A DNA stretch of 64,000 nucleotides from Algoriphagus sp. (GCA_030729785.1 JANQWS010000094.1:17984-81983); one strand, 5' to 3'. Positions 21,246 to 31,655 are shown, counted from the stretch's first letter. Numbers and translations: made by a program. Notes: generated by a model from the letters alone, not told the origin.

Positions 21246-21911
21246 TTATTTGGTTTGGTAAAGAAACTTCGCAAAGTCTAAAAAAGAATCTAGGGCGCTT
21301 TTGCCCATCAAGTCAAATGCGAAATTGACCGACTTTTCGATAGCAGCGTCTGTTTTTTCAAATCGTGGACTGGTATCGTCCAGCCAATAACGAAATACAA
21401 AAGCTACTTGTAGCCATAGCGCCTCATCGTACTTTTCTGTAAGTAAGGGTCGACTAGCTATTTCTTGAGTTTCTTTACCTTCTAGGATTAATTCAGAGGC
21501 AAAATCAGAAAACTTTTCTTTGAATTCGCGAGTATCTCCTGGCAATTTTTTGAAGGTAGCAGCTTTATCCCCATATAGGGAGAGTAAGTAAGACCTGTTT
21601 TTCTTGAGCTCTTCCACCCAAGTAAATAAAAAAGAAAGAAATTTTTCGCGTACTGCATATTCCTTGTAGACTTCCTGCTCCTCCAATTGACTAATTGTTT
21701 CATCAAATAAAGCCACCCAAATCGAGGTTTTTATGGATTCAAAGGAGGTAAAATAATTGTAAAAATCAGCTTCCTTGATTTTTAAATCTTTGGCAAATTT
21801 AAAAATGGAAGCAGGTTCTTTCCCATGCTCAAGCACATGTGAAATAAAACCCTCCAAAATCAACTTTTTAAAATCTTTTTTTCCTGTTTTCTTTTCTACA
21901 ACGGTATCCAT
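21246..21911 (-). CDS. TetR-like transcriptional regulator (Bacteroidota type)
   Basis: N-terminal HTH-like segment (FYNYF) and C-terminal WLDDTSPRFEKTDAAIEKSV; in an operon with the ABC1 kinase. Confidence 0.8.
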   Translation of the reverse strand: MDTVVEKKTGKKDFKKLILEGFISHVLEHGKEPASIFKFAKDLKIKEADFYNYFTSFESIKTSIWVALFDETISQLEEQEVYKEYAVREKFLSFLFTWVEELKKNRSYLLSLYGDKAATFKKLPGDTREFKEKFSDFASELILEGKETQEIASRPLLTEKYDEALWLQVAFVFRYWLDDTSPRFEKTDAAIEKSVNFAFDLMGKSALDSFLDFAKFLYQTK

Positions 21912-21970
21912 CTGTCTTTATGAAGTATGCACTAGTAACTCAAAAACAATGCGTCTGGTTTGCTTTAAAC

Positions 21971-21997
21971 AAAAAAAAGTCGGAATTCTTTCCGACT
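21971..21997 (-). terminator. Terminator of hslV
   Basis: AGTCGGAA/TTCCGACT stem with an eight-T tail on the minus strand. Confidence 0.8.
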
Positions 21998-22019
21998 ATA
22001 TCCATAGGAATGGGGTCTT

Positions 22020-22562
22020 TCAACTAGTTACTTTTTCTACTACCAAATTGTGGTTGGTGTAAATACATACATCCGCTGCAATATGCAAGCTTTCTCGAAC
22101 CATCTCTTCAGCAGTTAGCTGAGGGGCAAATTTTTTAAGGGCTCTTGCCGCTGATTGTGCATATACACTCCCCGAACCGATAGTCGCAATTTCCATATCA
22201 GGTTCAATCACATCCCCATTTCCTGAAATAATCAAAATATCGTCTTTATCTGCCACGATCATCATGGCTTCCAAGCGGCTGAGCATGCGATCCATACGCC
22301 ATTCTTTGGCAAGTTCTACGGCGGCACGCTTCATATTATTGCCAAATGCTCCTAATTTCTCCTCAAATTTATCTAATAGGGTAAATGCATCTGCTGTGGA
22401 ACCTGCAAACCCAGTCACGATCTTGCCCCCTTGAAGCACTCTGATTTTCTTTACTGAACTTTTGGCTACCGTATTTCCTAAAGTTGCTTGACCATCTGCA
22501 CCGATGACAACTTCTCCCTTATGTCGGATGGCTACGACGGTGGTTGATTTAATTTTTTCCAT
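22020..22562 (-). CDS. hslV: ATP-dependent protease subunit HslV
   Basis: STTVVAIR...GADGQATLG, GFAGSTADA, IGSGS, CIYTNHN; start moved to ATG 22562. Confidence 0.95.
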   Translation of the reverse strand: MEKIKSTTVVAIRHKGEVVIGADGQATLGNTVAKSSVKKIRVLQGGKIVTGFAGSTADAFTLLDKFEEKLGAFGNNMKRAAVELAKEWRMDRMLSRLEAMMIVADKDDILIISGNGDVIEPDMEIATIGSGSVYAQSAARALKKFAPQLTAEEMVRESLHIAADVCIYTNHNLVVEKVTS

Positions 22563-22634
22563 GGAAAATTTAAGTTTCTGGCGTCCCAATACAGAACTCC
22601 ATTTTGCCGATACATTCAAAAACCATACAAAAGC

Positions 22635-22662
22635 AAAAAGTCCTCGTTGAACAGGACTTTTT
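22635..22662 (-). terminator. Terminator of the PDH E2 gene
   Basis: AAAAAGTCCT...AGGACTTTTT inverted repeat. Confidence 0.75.
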
Positions 22663-22673
22663 GACAGGTAGTG

Positions 22674-24314
22674 TTAGATTAAGATACGCACCGGATCTTC
22701 TAACAAGCCCTTCAGCGTCTGAAGGAATGCCGACCCAACTGCACCATCTACGACGCGGTGGTCGCAAGAAAGCGTCACTTTCATCAGGTTTCCTACTTTC
22801 ATTTGACCATCTTTCACAATGACTGTTTCCTTGATTCCTCCCACTGCCAAAATACAAGCATCTGGGGGATTGATAATGGCCGTAAATTCATCGATTCCAA
22901 ACATTCCCAAATTAGAGATGGTGAATGTATTGCCTTCCCAATCTTTAGGTTGTAATTCTTTGTTTTTGGCCTTTTGACCCAATGATTTGGCTTGATTCGA
23001 AATTTGACTTAACGATAACTGATCTGCAAAGCGGATTACAGGAACTAAAAGCCCCTCCTCTACTGCTACCGCCATTCCAATATGAATGTGGTCATTGTAT
23101 CGGATCTTATCTCCCAACCAGCTTGAATTTACTTTCGGATTTTGTCGCAATGCCGCTGCAGATGCCTTGATGACCAAATCATTGAATGAAATCTTTGCAG
23201 TGCCAAACTCATTCATGCTCTTTCTAGCTTCTATTGCCTTATCCATGTTGATTTCCATGGTCAAATAGAAGTGTGGAGCTGAATATTTACTTTCAGCCAA
23301 TCGCTTGGCAATGGTTTTACGCATTTGAGAAACCTTCTCTTCTCTAAAACTTTCCTGACCCAATACCGCACTGGACACTGCTTGGGAAGAACTAACCTGA
23401 GAACTCGTAGTTGCTGCTGTAGGCACAAAGGATTCAATATCCCTTTTGACAATACGTCCACCTTCTCCAGTTCCGGCTACTTGTCGAATGTCTACGCCTT
23501 TCTCAGAGGCAATTTTCTTGGCTAATGGAGATGCTTTAACACGCTCATTTCCTGTTGCACTAGCAACCAATTCCTTAACTGGTGCTTGAGGCATTTCTGG
23601 AGTAGGCGTGGCAACTGCCGCAGGTGCTGTAGGGCTGGCTACTTCAACTGGAGCTGGAACCTGTCCACCACCCTGATGTGCTGCCAAAAGGCTTTGATAA
23701 TCGGCTCCTCTTTCTCCTATCACTGCGATGATTCCATCTACTGGAACACTTCCTCCTGCCTCGACACCGATATGTAACAAAACTCCATCTTCGTAAGACT
23801 CCAATTCCATGGTAGCCTTATCTGTCTCTACTTCTGCAATGATTTCACCAGACTTAACGGAGTCACCTACTTTTTTCAACCAAGCGGCGATTGTTCCTTC
23901 TTGCATGGTATCACTCATTTTTGGCATAGTTACCACGGTAGCAGGTATCGATGAAGTTGATACAGCTGCAGTTTTTGGTTCAGCCACAACGGGTGCTGGA
24001 GAAGATGCTGGAATTACTTCTCCTGCTTTTGCTGCATCTGTAGGAACACCTGAAAGCAAATGCTGGAATGCCTCTCCTTTCTCTCCAATTATTGCGATGA
24101 TTCCATTCACGGGAACCGAATCTTTTTCTTTAACTCCTACATAAAGCAAAACCCCTTCCTCGTAAGATTCCAACTCCATGGTAGCTTTGTCTGTTTCCAC
24201 CTCAGCAAGGATGTCTCCTGGCTTTACGGAATCACCTACATTTTTCAACCAAGATGCAATCACACCTTCTTCCATGGTGTCACTCATTTTTGGCATTCTA
24301 ATTATTTCGGCCAT
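22674..24314 (-). CDS. pdhC: Pyruvate dehydrogenase E2 dihydrolipoamide acetyltransferase (two lipoyl domains)
   Basis: Two ETDKATME lipoyl motifs, E3-binding KASPLAKK, catalytic DHRVVDG. Confidence 0.95.
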   Translation of the reverse strand: MAEIIRMPKMSDTMEEGVIASWLKNVGDSVKPGDILAEVETDKATMELESYEEGVLLYVGVKEKDSVPVNGIIAIIGEKGEAFQHLLSGVPTDAAKAGEVIPASSPAPVVAEPKTAAVSTSSIPATVVTMPKMSDTMQEGTIAAWLKKVGDSVKSGEIIAEVETDKATMELESYEDGVLLHIGVEAGGSVPVDGIIAVIGERGADYQSLLAAHQGGGQVPAPVEVASPTAPAAVATPTPEMPQAPVKELVASATGNERVKASPLAKKIASEKGVDIRQVAGTGEGGRIVKRDIESFVPTAATTSSQVSSSQAVSSAVLGQESFREEKVSQMRKTIAKRLAESKYSAPHFYLTMEINMDKAIEARKSMNEFGTAKISFNDLVIKASAAALRQNPKVNSSWLGDKIRYNDHIHIGMAVAVEEGLLVPVIRFADQLSLSQISNQAKSLGQKAKNKELQPKDWEGNTFTISNLGMFGIDEFTAIINPPDACILAVGGIKETVIVKDGQMKVGNLMKVTLSCDHRVVDGAVGSAFLQTLKGLLEDPVRILI

Positions 24315-24421
24315 GTTCTGTCTATGCTTGTAGTTTTAAAGTGCCCAAAAATAGTTCTTAAAAACGCTTTATTCAAATTTATATCTTGTATTTTCCAATC
24401 AGTTTTTGACCTTTTCCGAGC

Positions 24422-25381
24422 ATGCCATTACTTCCTTCGCCCAAGTTTAAAAGACCTAACTTCCTGTTTAATGGCCATTTAGAAACCATATTCCCCACCC
24501 TTTTTAGAAAAGTAACGCTTTTACCAACCTATCGAGAGAAGGTGGAGACCCCGGATGGAGATTTTTTAGAATTGGATTGGCACCGGACTGGAAGCAGGAG
24601 ATTAGTGGTGATTAGTCATGGATTGGAAGGGAGTAGTACTCGGTCCTACGTGCTAGGCATGGCAAAAGCAATGCTAGAACAGGGGATGGATGTCTTGGCA
24701 TGGAACTATAGAGGCTGCGGAAATGAGCTAAATCGAAAAGCAATTTTTTACCATAGCGGTGCCACCTATGATTTGGACACCATCATCAATCATGCTGCCC
24801 CTGAATTTGAAGAAATTTACCTGATTGGATTTAGTTTAGGGGGTAACCTTACCCTCAAATATCTTGGAGAAAAACGAGACAGAAATCCAAAAATTAAAAA
24901 AGCAATCGCAATTTCCGTTCCCTTAGACCTTGGAAATTCTTGTGACCAAATTTCAAAAACTTTATTTGGCCTGTATACTCGTCGATTTTTGAAAAGCCTC
25001 CGGAAAAAAATTGAAAAAAAGTCACTTCATTTCCCCACCGAATTCTCAGTCGATAAATTTTCTTCCATCCAAACCCTTCGGGATTTTGACAATACCTTTA
25101 CAGGCCCCTTACATGGTTTTTGTGATGCGGAGGAATACTACCAAGTAAATTCTGCCTTGCAGTTTTTGCCTTACATTACCTTACCAACGCTTGTAATAAA
25201 TGCCAAGAATGATCCTTTCTTAAGTTCTACTTGCTACCCTGAAACCATAGCAAAAAAAATAAAACACGTGTATTTTGAATACCCCAAGTATGGTGGGCAT
25301 GTGGGTTTTAAAATTGAAGGTAGAAGAAAAACCTATTACTCCGAATTGCGAGCAGTTGAATTTATTTGCAAGGATCGCTAA
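24422..25381 (+). CDS. YheT family alpha/beta hydrolase
   Basis: NGHLET, HGLEGSS, GFSLGGN nucleophile elbow, NAKNDPF, GGHVGF. Confidence 0.9.
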   Translation: MPLLPSPKFKRPNFLFNGHLETIFPTLFRKVTLLPTYREKVETPDGDFLELDWHRTGSRRLVVISHGLEGSSTRSYVLGMAKAMLEQGMDVLAWNYRGCGNELNRKAIFYHSGATYDLDTIINHAAPEFEEIYLIGFSLGGNLTLKYLGEKRDRNPKIKKAIAISVPLDLGNSCDQISKTLFGLYTRRFLKSLRKKIEKKSLHFPTEFSVDKFSSIQTLRDFDNTFTGPLHGFCDAEEYYQVNSALQFLPYITLPTLVINAKNDPFLSSTCYPETIAKKIKHVYFEYPKYGGHVGFKIEGRRKTYYSELRAVEFICKDR

Positions 25382-25411
25382 CTTCCAAAAAAATTAGCCG
25401 AACTTGAGTTT

Positions 25412-26110
25412 ATGTGTGGAAGATATTCCCTTGCCAAAAGTAAAATCGAACTAGAAGAACGCTTTCAAGCAGAGATGTTGGCGGACTTTACCCCAAGATA
25501 CAACATTGCCCCCACGCAGCTAGTGCCTGTAATCACCTCTGCAAGTCCCAAGGGGTTTTCATTTTTTTATTGGGGGATTACCCCAGATTTTGGGCAAAAT
25601 AAGCCTGTATCGGCCAAACTGATCAATGCACGAGCTGAGACTGTCCATGAAAAGGTTTCCTTTAAAAATTCATTTCAATCCAGGAGGTGTATCGTTCCCG
25701 CGGATGGATTCTACGAATGGAAGAAAGTAGGAAAGAAAACAAAAATACCACATCGATTTACCCACAGAGAGGAGCAAACATTTTCCTTTGCCGGCATTTG
25801 GGAGGAATACGAAACCGTTACAGGAGAATCACACCATACCTTTTTAATTCTTACTACGAGTCCAAACGAATTAGTGGCAGAGGTTCACGATCGAATGCCG
25901 GTTATTCTGAACCCAGACCAAGAAAAAAAATGGTTGGATAGCTACAGTTCTCCGGAAGATTTAACTTCAATCTTAAACCCTTATTCAGCTGATCAAATGC
26001 TCAGCTATCCTGTTTCTCCATTAGTCAATTCGGTTCAAAACGACTCTCAAAACCTATTCCGGAAAACATCTCCTATGGATCAATTTGGAAATTATACCCT
26101 TTTTGGATAA
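25412..26110 (+). CDS. SRAP/HMCES-family abasic-site processing protein (YedK-like)
   Basis: N-terminal MCGRY, RYNIAPTQ, INARAET, GFYEW, HDRMPVIL. Confidence 0.93.
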   Translation: MCGRYSLAKSKIELEERFQAEMLADFTPRYNIAPTQLVPVITSASPKGFSFFYWGITPDFGQNKPVSAKLINARAETVHEKVSFKNSFQSRRCIVPADGFYEWKKVGKKTKIPHRFTHREEQTFSFAGIWEEYETVTGESHHTFLILTTSPNELVAEVHDRMPVILNPDQEKKWLDSYSSPEDLTSILNPYSADQMLSYPVSPLVNSVQNDSQNLFRKTSPMDQFGNYTLFG

Positions 26111-26194
26111 TCAAGCCAAACCCTACCAATTTGATTTTTCTAGTACCGAGATAGCTTAGTATTGAAAATTAACCCTTCCCATTAACTTAAAATC

Positions 26195-27193
26195 ATGTAT
26201 ACCTCACGGATTTTAGCTGCAGGCCATTATGTACCTGAACGAATCGTTACAAATGAAGAACTTTCCCAGATGATGAACACCTCCAACGAGTGGATCGTGG
26301 AGCGTACGGGAATTCAAGAAAGACGATGGTATACCCCAGGAGTGGATACCGTGACCAACATGGCTGCCAAAGCGAGTAAGATGGCCATGGAACGCGCTGG
26401 AGTGCAGCAAGATGACATTGATTTCATCCTTTTTGCGACCATTACTCCCGATTATTTTTTACCTGGAAATGGGGTGCTCCTTCAACGAGAAATGGGCTTC
26501 AAAACCATCGGTGCCCTTGATATTCGAAATGCTTGTTCTGGGTTTATTTATGCCCTATCGGTCGCGGATCAGTTTATCAAAACAGGCATGTACCAAAAAA
26601 TATTAGTTGTAGGAGCGGAAATTCAATCTTCGGCCTTGGACAAAAGTGACGAAGGCAGATCGAGTGCAGTGATTTTTGCAGACGGTGCTGGTGCCGTAGT
26701 AGTGGGAAGAGCGGAACCGGGACAGGCTGGAATACTCAGCACCCACCTGCATTCAGAAGGGTCCCATGCCGAAGAACTTTATTGCATAGCTCCTAGCTCT
26801 AGTGGGAAAGAAAGAGTTTCCAAAGAGTTAATTGATCGAGGAGACTTTTTTCTAAAGATGAATGGAAATGCAGTGTTTAAGCATGCTGTGGTGCGCTTTA
26901 TGGAAGTAATTCAGGAAGCTTTGGCCTTCAATAACCTAAAAACGGAGGACATTGATCTTCTTGTACCCCATCAGGCTAACTTACGCATCTCCCAATACAT
27001 TCAACAAAAATTAAATTTGCCTGATCAGAAGGTATTCAACAACATCATGAAACTTGGTAATACTACCGCAGGCACGATTCCTATTGCATTATCACAAGCT
27101 TGGGAGCAGGGGCGTCTCAAGGAAAATGACCTGATTTGCTTAGCTGCCTTTGGCTCCGGTTTTGCTTGGGCTTCTGCTATGCTGCGTTGGTAA
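26195..27193 (+). CDS. fabH: 3-oxoacyl-ACP synthase III
   Basis: ERTGI, NACSGF, PHQANLRI, GNT, AFGSGF. Confidence 0.92.
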   Translation: MYTSRILAAGHYVPERIVTNEELSQMMNTSNEWIVERTGIQERRWYTPGVDTVTNMAAKASKMAMERAGVQQDDIDFILFATITPDYFLPGNGVLLQREMGFKTIGALDIRNACSGFIYALSVADQFIKTGMYQKILVVGAEIQSSALDKSDEGRSSAVIFADGAGAVVVGRAEPGQAGILSTHLHSEGSHAEELYCIAPSSSGKERVSKELIDRGDFFLKMNGNAVFKHAVVRFMEVIQEALAFNNLKTEDIDLLVPHQANLRISQYIQQKLNLPDQKVFNNIMKLGNTTAGTIPIALSQAWEQGRLKENDLICLAAFGSGFAWASAMLRW

Positions 27194-27197
27194 GTCT

Positions 27198-27734
27198 ATG
27201 GAAACCGAACTTGACTTAGCCCTTTGGTTAGATAAATCAATTGTGATCAGACAAAATCAATTAAGGGCTGATTTTTTAGATCTGTTTGAGCAAGTAGGCA
27301 ACTCCTTTTCAAATGAAGAACTAACCAATTTTTTCGGGAATTCAAAGGGCAAAAAAATATCAAAAGGAAATCAGTTGGATGGCTTCCCGTACCTTGTTTT
27401 GGACCTCATACGTGATTTTAATTTGGACTCGGGGTGTAATATCCGATTGGTAAGCTGGTTTGGACATGGATTATTTTGTTGTGCGTATTTTGGCAAAAAT
27501 AGAAGTCATGACCCAGATCTATTTTTAGAAGGTGGATTTCAGTTGGGCAGGGCAGACAAACCCTGGGACCTCAAGTTGCAATTGGAAGTTCTTAAAGCAA
27601 CTAGGCCAATACCTAAAATAGATTCCAAATCCAAACTCTGGATTAAGCAGATAGCTTTATCGACAACCAAGCAGCAATCCCTTCAAATTTTGAATGAGGA
27701 AGTGAAAAATATTCTGAAGGTTAAATTAAACTAG
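27198..27734 (+). CDS. Hypothetical protein
   Basis: ATG 4 nt after the fabH stop; contains KISKGNQLDGFPYLVLD. No function recognised. Confidence 0.65.
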   Translation: METELDLALWLDKSIVIRQNQLRADFLDLFEQVGNSFSNEELTNFFGNSKGKKISKGNQLDGFPYLVLDLIRDFNLDSGCNIRLVSWFGHGLFCCAYFGKNRSHDPDLFLEGGFQLGRADKPWDLKLQLEVLKATRPIPKIDSKSKLWIKQIALSTTKQQSLQILNEEVKNILKVKLN

Positions 27735-27859
27735 GTAAGTAAATTCTAAGGATTTACTTTACTTTTAAACAGGAAATGATTTTCTACGTAGGTATAGGGA
27801 AATATTCCTATTGAGCGTTCCAAAACGAACGCCAACCTACTTTAAGAACCCGATCTGCA

Positions 27860-29425
27860 ATGAAAAAAGCGCTGATTTTACTGGTATTCCTTCTTCATTT
27901 TTCATTAGTAGCACAAACTTCAAAAATCGCAGTGCTGTACAGCAATGATTCTTTGATTATCGGGACCGGCCTGGTAGAAAATCAGGTTCAAACAGGGCTT
28001 TGGAAATTTTACACGACCAAAACCAATCAGCTCCTTACAGAAGGTACGTTTAAAAATGGACTGCGAGATGGGCAATGGAGCAGCTTTTACTCGAATGGCA
28101 AGCGAAAGGAACTTGCAGCATACCGTGAAGGAAAACTTTTTGGACCCGCACGTTATTTTGACACCAATGGATTTTTAATTAAAGAAATGATTTTTCAGGA
28201 TAGTGTTAGAGTGGGCAGGTACACAGAATACTATGGAAATGAATTGAATGATCCGTATCAAGACCCAAGTCAGATCAAGCTTGAAGGAAATTATTTAGAA
28301 GGAAACAAGGAAGGACAATGGCTATCCTATTTTCCAAGTGGCGAGCTTGCTATACGCGAATTTTTTGTTGCAGGTTTAAGAGAAGGCCCCTACTTTGAAT
28401 TTGACTTGGAGGGAAATGTACTAGCAGAGGCAACCGCAATTAAAGGACAATTTGACGGCCCATTTAAGACATTTTCTTATCCCAATCTCATTCTTCAATC
28501 TGGCACTTATCGAAATGGTACCAAGATAGGACCATGGAAATCTTACTTTCCTGGATCAAAAATTGAAGAATCAGAGGAGTATTACGACGAAAATGGCAAT
28601 CGAATAGGAGTATGGGTTTATTACTATGAAACAGGACGAATTGCAAGAAAAGAACGCTACGAAAACAATGTAGCTGTAGGATTGTGGGAGGAATACTTCC
28701 CAAATAAAAGCCTTTCCAAACAAAAAACTTATGTTTTGGGTGTACCTGAAGGAGACTACATCGAATTCCATAGTTCAGGTAGGGTCTCTGTTCAAGGGAA
28801 CTACGCCGGTGGAGCAAAAGTGGGGGTTTGGAAAAACTATTATCCCGATGGGCAACTCTATTCCATTGGAGAATATAAAAATGACCTGAAAACTGGGTTA
28901 TGGAAGTATTTCAATAAAATTGGCATCTTAATCGCAGAAGGAGAATACGTGTTGGGAATGGAAAATGGGCAATGGGTCTATTATTACGATGGAGGTCAGC
29001 TAAAGTCTATAGGATCCTACAACCTGGGTTTTGAAAATGGAATCTGGGGGCTCTTTTACGACAACAAACAGTTGACACAAGAAGAATTTTGGGACAATGG
29101 TAGACTCTTGAATGTAGGAAACTACGCAACCTACGAGGGGAAGGAAACTAGAGATAAAGGAACTTTAAAAGATGGTAATGGGACACGAATTACCTACTAC
29201 GTCACTGGCCAGAAAGAGTCTGAGGGGAATTACCTTTCAGGTAAACCCTCAGGATTATGGAAATACTACCACGAGTCAGGGCGTATCGCCTCTGAAGGAA
29301 TAATGAAAGATGGAAAAAAGGAAGGGCCTTGGAAATTTTTTAATTCAGCGGGGAGATTAGAAGACCTACTCCAATTCAACGGGGATGAAATCCAATACCC
29401 TACCGAAAGAGATCGTATCCAATAA
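27860..29425 (+). CDS. Secreted MORN-variant repeat protein (YwqK-like repeats)
   Basis: Signal peptide plus many G.W..Y...G...EG.Y..G repeat units. Confidence 0.85.
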   Translation: MKKALILLVFLLHFSLVAQTSKIAVLYSNDSLIIGTGLVENQVQTGLWKFYTTKTNQLLTEGTFKNGLRDGQWSSFYSNGKRKELAAYREGKLFGPARYFDTNGFLIKEMIFQDSVRVGRYTEYYGNELNDPYQDPSQIKLEGNYLEGNKEGQWLSYFPSGELAIREFFVAGLREGPYFEFDLEGNVLAEATAIKGQFDGPFKTFSYPNLILQSGTYRNGTKIGPWKSYFPGSKIEESEEYYDENGNRIGVWVYYYETGRIARKERYENNVAVGLWEEYFPNKSLSKQKTYVLGVPEGDYIEFHSSGRVSVQGNYAGGAKVGVWKNYYPDGQLYSIGEYKNDLKTGLWKYFNKIGILIAEGEYVLGMENGQWVYYYDGGQLKSIGSYNLGFENGIWGLFYDNKQLTQEEFWDNGRLLNVGNYATYEGKETRDKGTLKDGNGTRITYYVTGQKESEGNYLSGKPSGLWKYYHESGRIASEGIMKDGKKEGPWKFFNSAGRLEDLLQFNGDEIQYPTERDRIQ

Positions 29426-29466
29426 ACAATCCAATCTAATCGCGGTTAAATTGAAAACCGAAACTC

Positions 29467-29637
29467 ATGTTTGGATTATTTAAGAAGAAAAGCGAAAAAG
29501 AAAAACTTCAGGAGACTTACGCGAAAATGATGGCAGATGCGCACAAACTATCGCATAGCAATCGAACAGCGGCGGACAAGTTAATGGCTGAAGCAGAAGA
29601 GGTAGCTAAGAAAATTGATGCCTTGAATCAAGGGTAA
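29467..29637 (+). CDS. Small conserved protein (Lacal_2735-like), 56 aa, absent from the ORF track
   Basis: Manual translation MFGLFKKKSEKEKLQETYAKMMADAHKLSHSNRTAADKLMAEAEEVAKKIDALNQG*. Confidence 0.8.
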   Translation: MFGLFKKKSEKEKLQETYAKMMADAHKLSHSNRTAADKLMAEAEEVAKKIDALNQG

Positions 29638-29645
29638 TTCCGTTC

Positions 29646-30167
29646 TCATTTTCGAGCATAATCGTCCTGCAACCGGACGATATCCTCCTCATCGGAGGGA
29701 TGATTCGCATCAGAGTGCATCCAAATTTCCGCAACAATTCCCCAGTCATTTGTACCAACCAATCGATGACGCTCTCCCTGTTGTAGCGAAACCACTTTAC
29801 CCACTTCCATAGGTAGTACTTCTCCTTGGCTATCGTCCATACTTCTACTTATCGCGGCATCACCTGCTACCAAAGTCCATAACTCTGCTCGACGGAAGTG
29901 GTACTGCCACGAAAGTCGCGCTCCAGGAGCCACCAGCAAAAATTTGGGACTCAACTTCTGAGTAAATTGGGCTTCGGAAAGGGATACTTCAGGGAAAAAT
30001 GTGTCTTTAAATAGTCGAATTTGGTGTTCATCCAAAACAAAGAACCCGCCCCAAGGACGCTCAAAATCCTTATTTGAAATAGAAAAGCCTGATTCAATTA
30101 AATAACGTTCAACAAGTTCTGCGAGTTGAGATTTACCCAAATTGGGCGAAAGAATAAGTGACTTCAT
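29646..30167 (-). CDS. Cupin, mannose-6-phosphate isomerase type II-like
   Basis: RPWGGF, RLSWQYHFRRAELW, ERHRL, EEDIVRLQDDY. Confidence 0.85.
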   Translation of the reverse strand: MKSLILSPNLGKSQLAELVERYLIESGFSISNKDFERPWGGFFVLDEHQIRLFKDTFFPEVSLSEAQFTQKLSPKFLLVAPGARLSWQYHFRRAELWTLVAGDAAISRSMDDSQGEVLPMEVGKVVSLQQGERHRLVGTNDWGIVAEIWMHSDANHPSDEEDIVRLQDDYARK

Positions 30168-30385
30168 AGACTACCATTAAAAAGAAGCCAAATTTAATCA
30201 AATTTCTAATTTTCAACTTGGAAGATATCAATTTTGACCGCAGTCAATCGCAAGGTACTCACAGAGGCGTACAACTCAACTTCATCATTTTCTTAAATTA
30301 ACAACCTATATCTTCTTTGATTTTTTTTAAAAAGTATTTTTCAAGCCGTTAACTTTTCACGTATTTGCATTCACAATTTCCAAAC

Positions 30386-31633
30386 ATGCATCTGATCAAT
30401 CCCCATAAGGCGCTTTCCAATATTGATGGCGTAGTAGAGACAAAAAACTATTTACTAAAGCTCCGACTGATTAAAAATCTCTACCGGAAAGATGCTTCCA
30501 CCGCCAATGAAATCTGTGGAAGCATGGGAATTTCTCTACCTACCGTTAATACCCTTCTTTTGGATTTAATTCGTTCAGGAGAGGTCATCAAACAAGGTCG
30601 TGCAGCCTCTCAAGGAGGAAGAAAGCCTGACCTATACCGATTAGCCCCTGATGCCTTTTATGTTGTCGCTGTTGATTTAAGTAAGTATGCAGTAAATCTG
30701 GCTTTATACAACTGTCAACACGTACAAGTGGCCCAAAAGGCTGTCCACAAACTCGCACTCAACAACGAAGAAGAAACCTTTGAGGAGCTTTGTCAACACC
30801 TAGAAACCTACATTTCTGAATCAGGTATCCCAAATCAAAAAATCATTGCTATCGGGATTTCGATGCCTGGATTGATCGATTCCAAGGCGGGCATCAACCA
30901 TACTTACCTTAATTTTGGCGACAAAAGTTTGCAAGCACACCTAGAAACTAGATTTCCACAGGCTATTTTTATTGAGAATGATGCCCGAGCCATGACTCTA
31001 GCAGAATTCAAATTTGGAGCTGCAAAATCAGCCCAAAATGTATTGGGTATTTTTGTGGGCTGGGGAATCGGTCTAGGAATCGTCATAGATGGAAAATTAT
31101 ACCAAGGCAGCTCAGGCTTTGCTGGAGAATTTGCCCACTCTCCCCTGTTTGAATCCCAAGAGATCAGTTGTACCTGTGGTAAAAAAGGCTGCTTGGAAGC
31201 TATTGCCTCGGGTACCTCTATTGTGCGTATGGCTGAACAAGCACTCCAGCTCGATAAGGATAGCATTTTAGCGCGAATGGCGAAAGCAAACAAAGGACCA
31301 CTTCATCCCAACTTGGTAGTCAATGCAGCTAAGGAAGGAGATCAGCGAGCCATTACCATTTTATCAGATGTAGGTTTAAATCTTGGAAGAGGTATTTCCA
31401 TGCTGATTCAGTTACTCAATCCAGAACTTATCATTTTGGGCGGTGTAGTAGCCGAGGCAAATCAATACATTTTGACTCCTATTCAACAAGCACTCAATAT
31501 ATACAGTATGGCCAAATCACGAGAAAAAACACAAATTTCCCTTTACCAACTCGGAAATGAGGTGGGAGTGGTAGGAGCCATAGCAGTGGTGACTGAGAAT
31601 CTATTTGAAGAGATACTTTCAAAGCCAAGTTAA
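30386..31633 (+). CDS. ROK family transcriptional regulator
   Basis: N-terminal HTH with GGRKP; ENDAR, GIGLGI, AGEFAH, CTCGKKGCLE. Confidence 0.9.
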   Translation: MHLINPHKALSNIDGVVETKNYLLKLRLIKNLYRKDASTANEICGSMGISLPTVNTLLLDLIRSGEVIKQGRAASQGGRKPDLYRLAPDAFYVVAVDLSKYAVNLALYNCQHVQVAQKAVHKLALNNEEETFEELCQHLETYISESGIPNQKIIAIGISMPGLIDSKAGINHTYLNFGDKSLQAHLETRFPQAIFIENDARAMTLAEFKFGAAKSAQNVLGIFVGWGIGLGIVIDGKLYQGSSGFAGEFAHSPLFESQEISCTCGKKGCLEAIASGTSIVRMAEQALQLDKDSILARMAKANKGPLHPNLVVNAAKEGDQRAITILSDVGLNLGRGISMLIQLLNPELIILGGVVAEANQYILTPIQQALNIYSMAKSREKTQISLYQLGNEVGVVGAIAVVTENLFEEILSKPS

Positions 31634-31655
31634 TGGCAAAATTTTGTAGAGGTTA

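Noticed and set aside
22020-22562. hslV without adjacent hslU as a novel arrangement
   Set aside because: Unlinked hslV and hslU are not unusual, and hslU may lie outside the window.
27860-29425. Toxin-antitoxin system (YwqK antitoxin label)
   Set aside because: The label reflects generic MORN-variant repeats. The protein has a signal peptide and no adjacent toxin gene.
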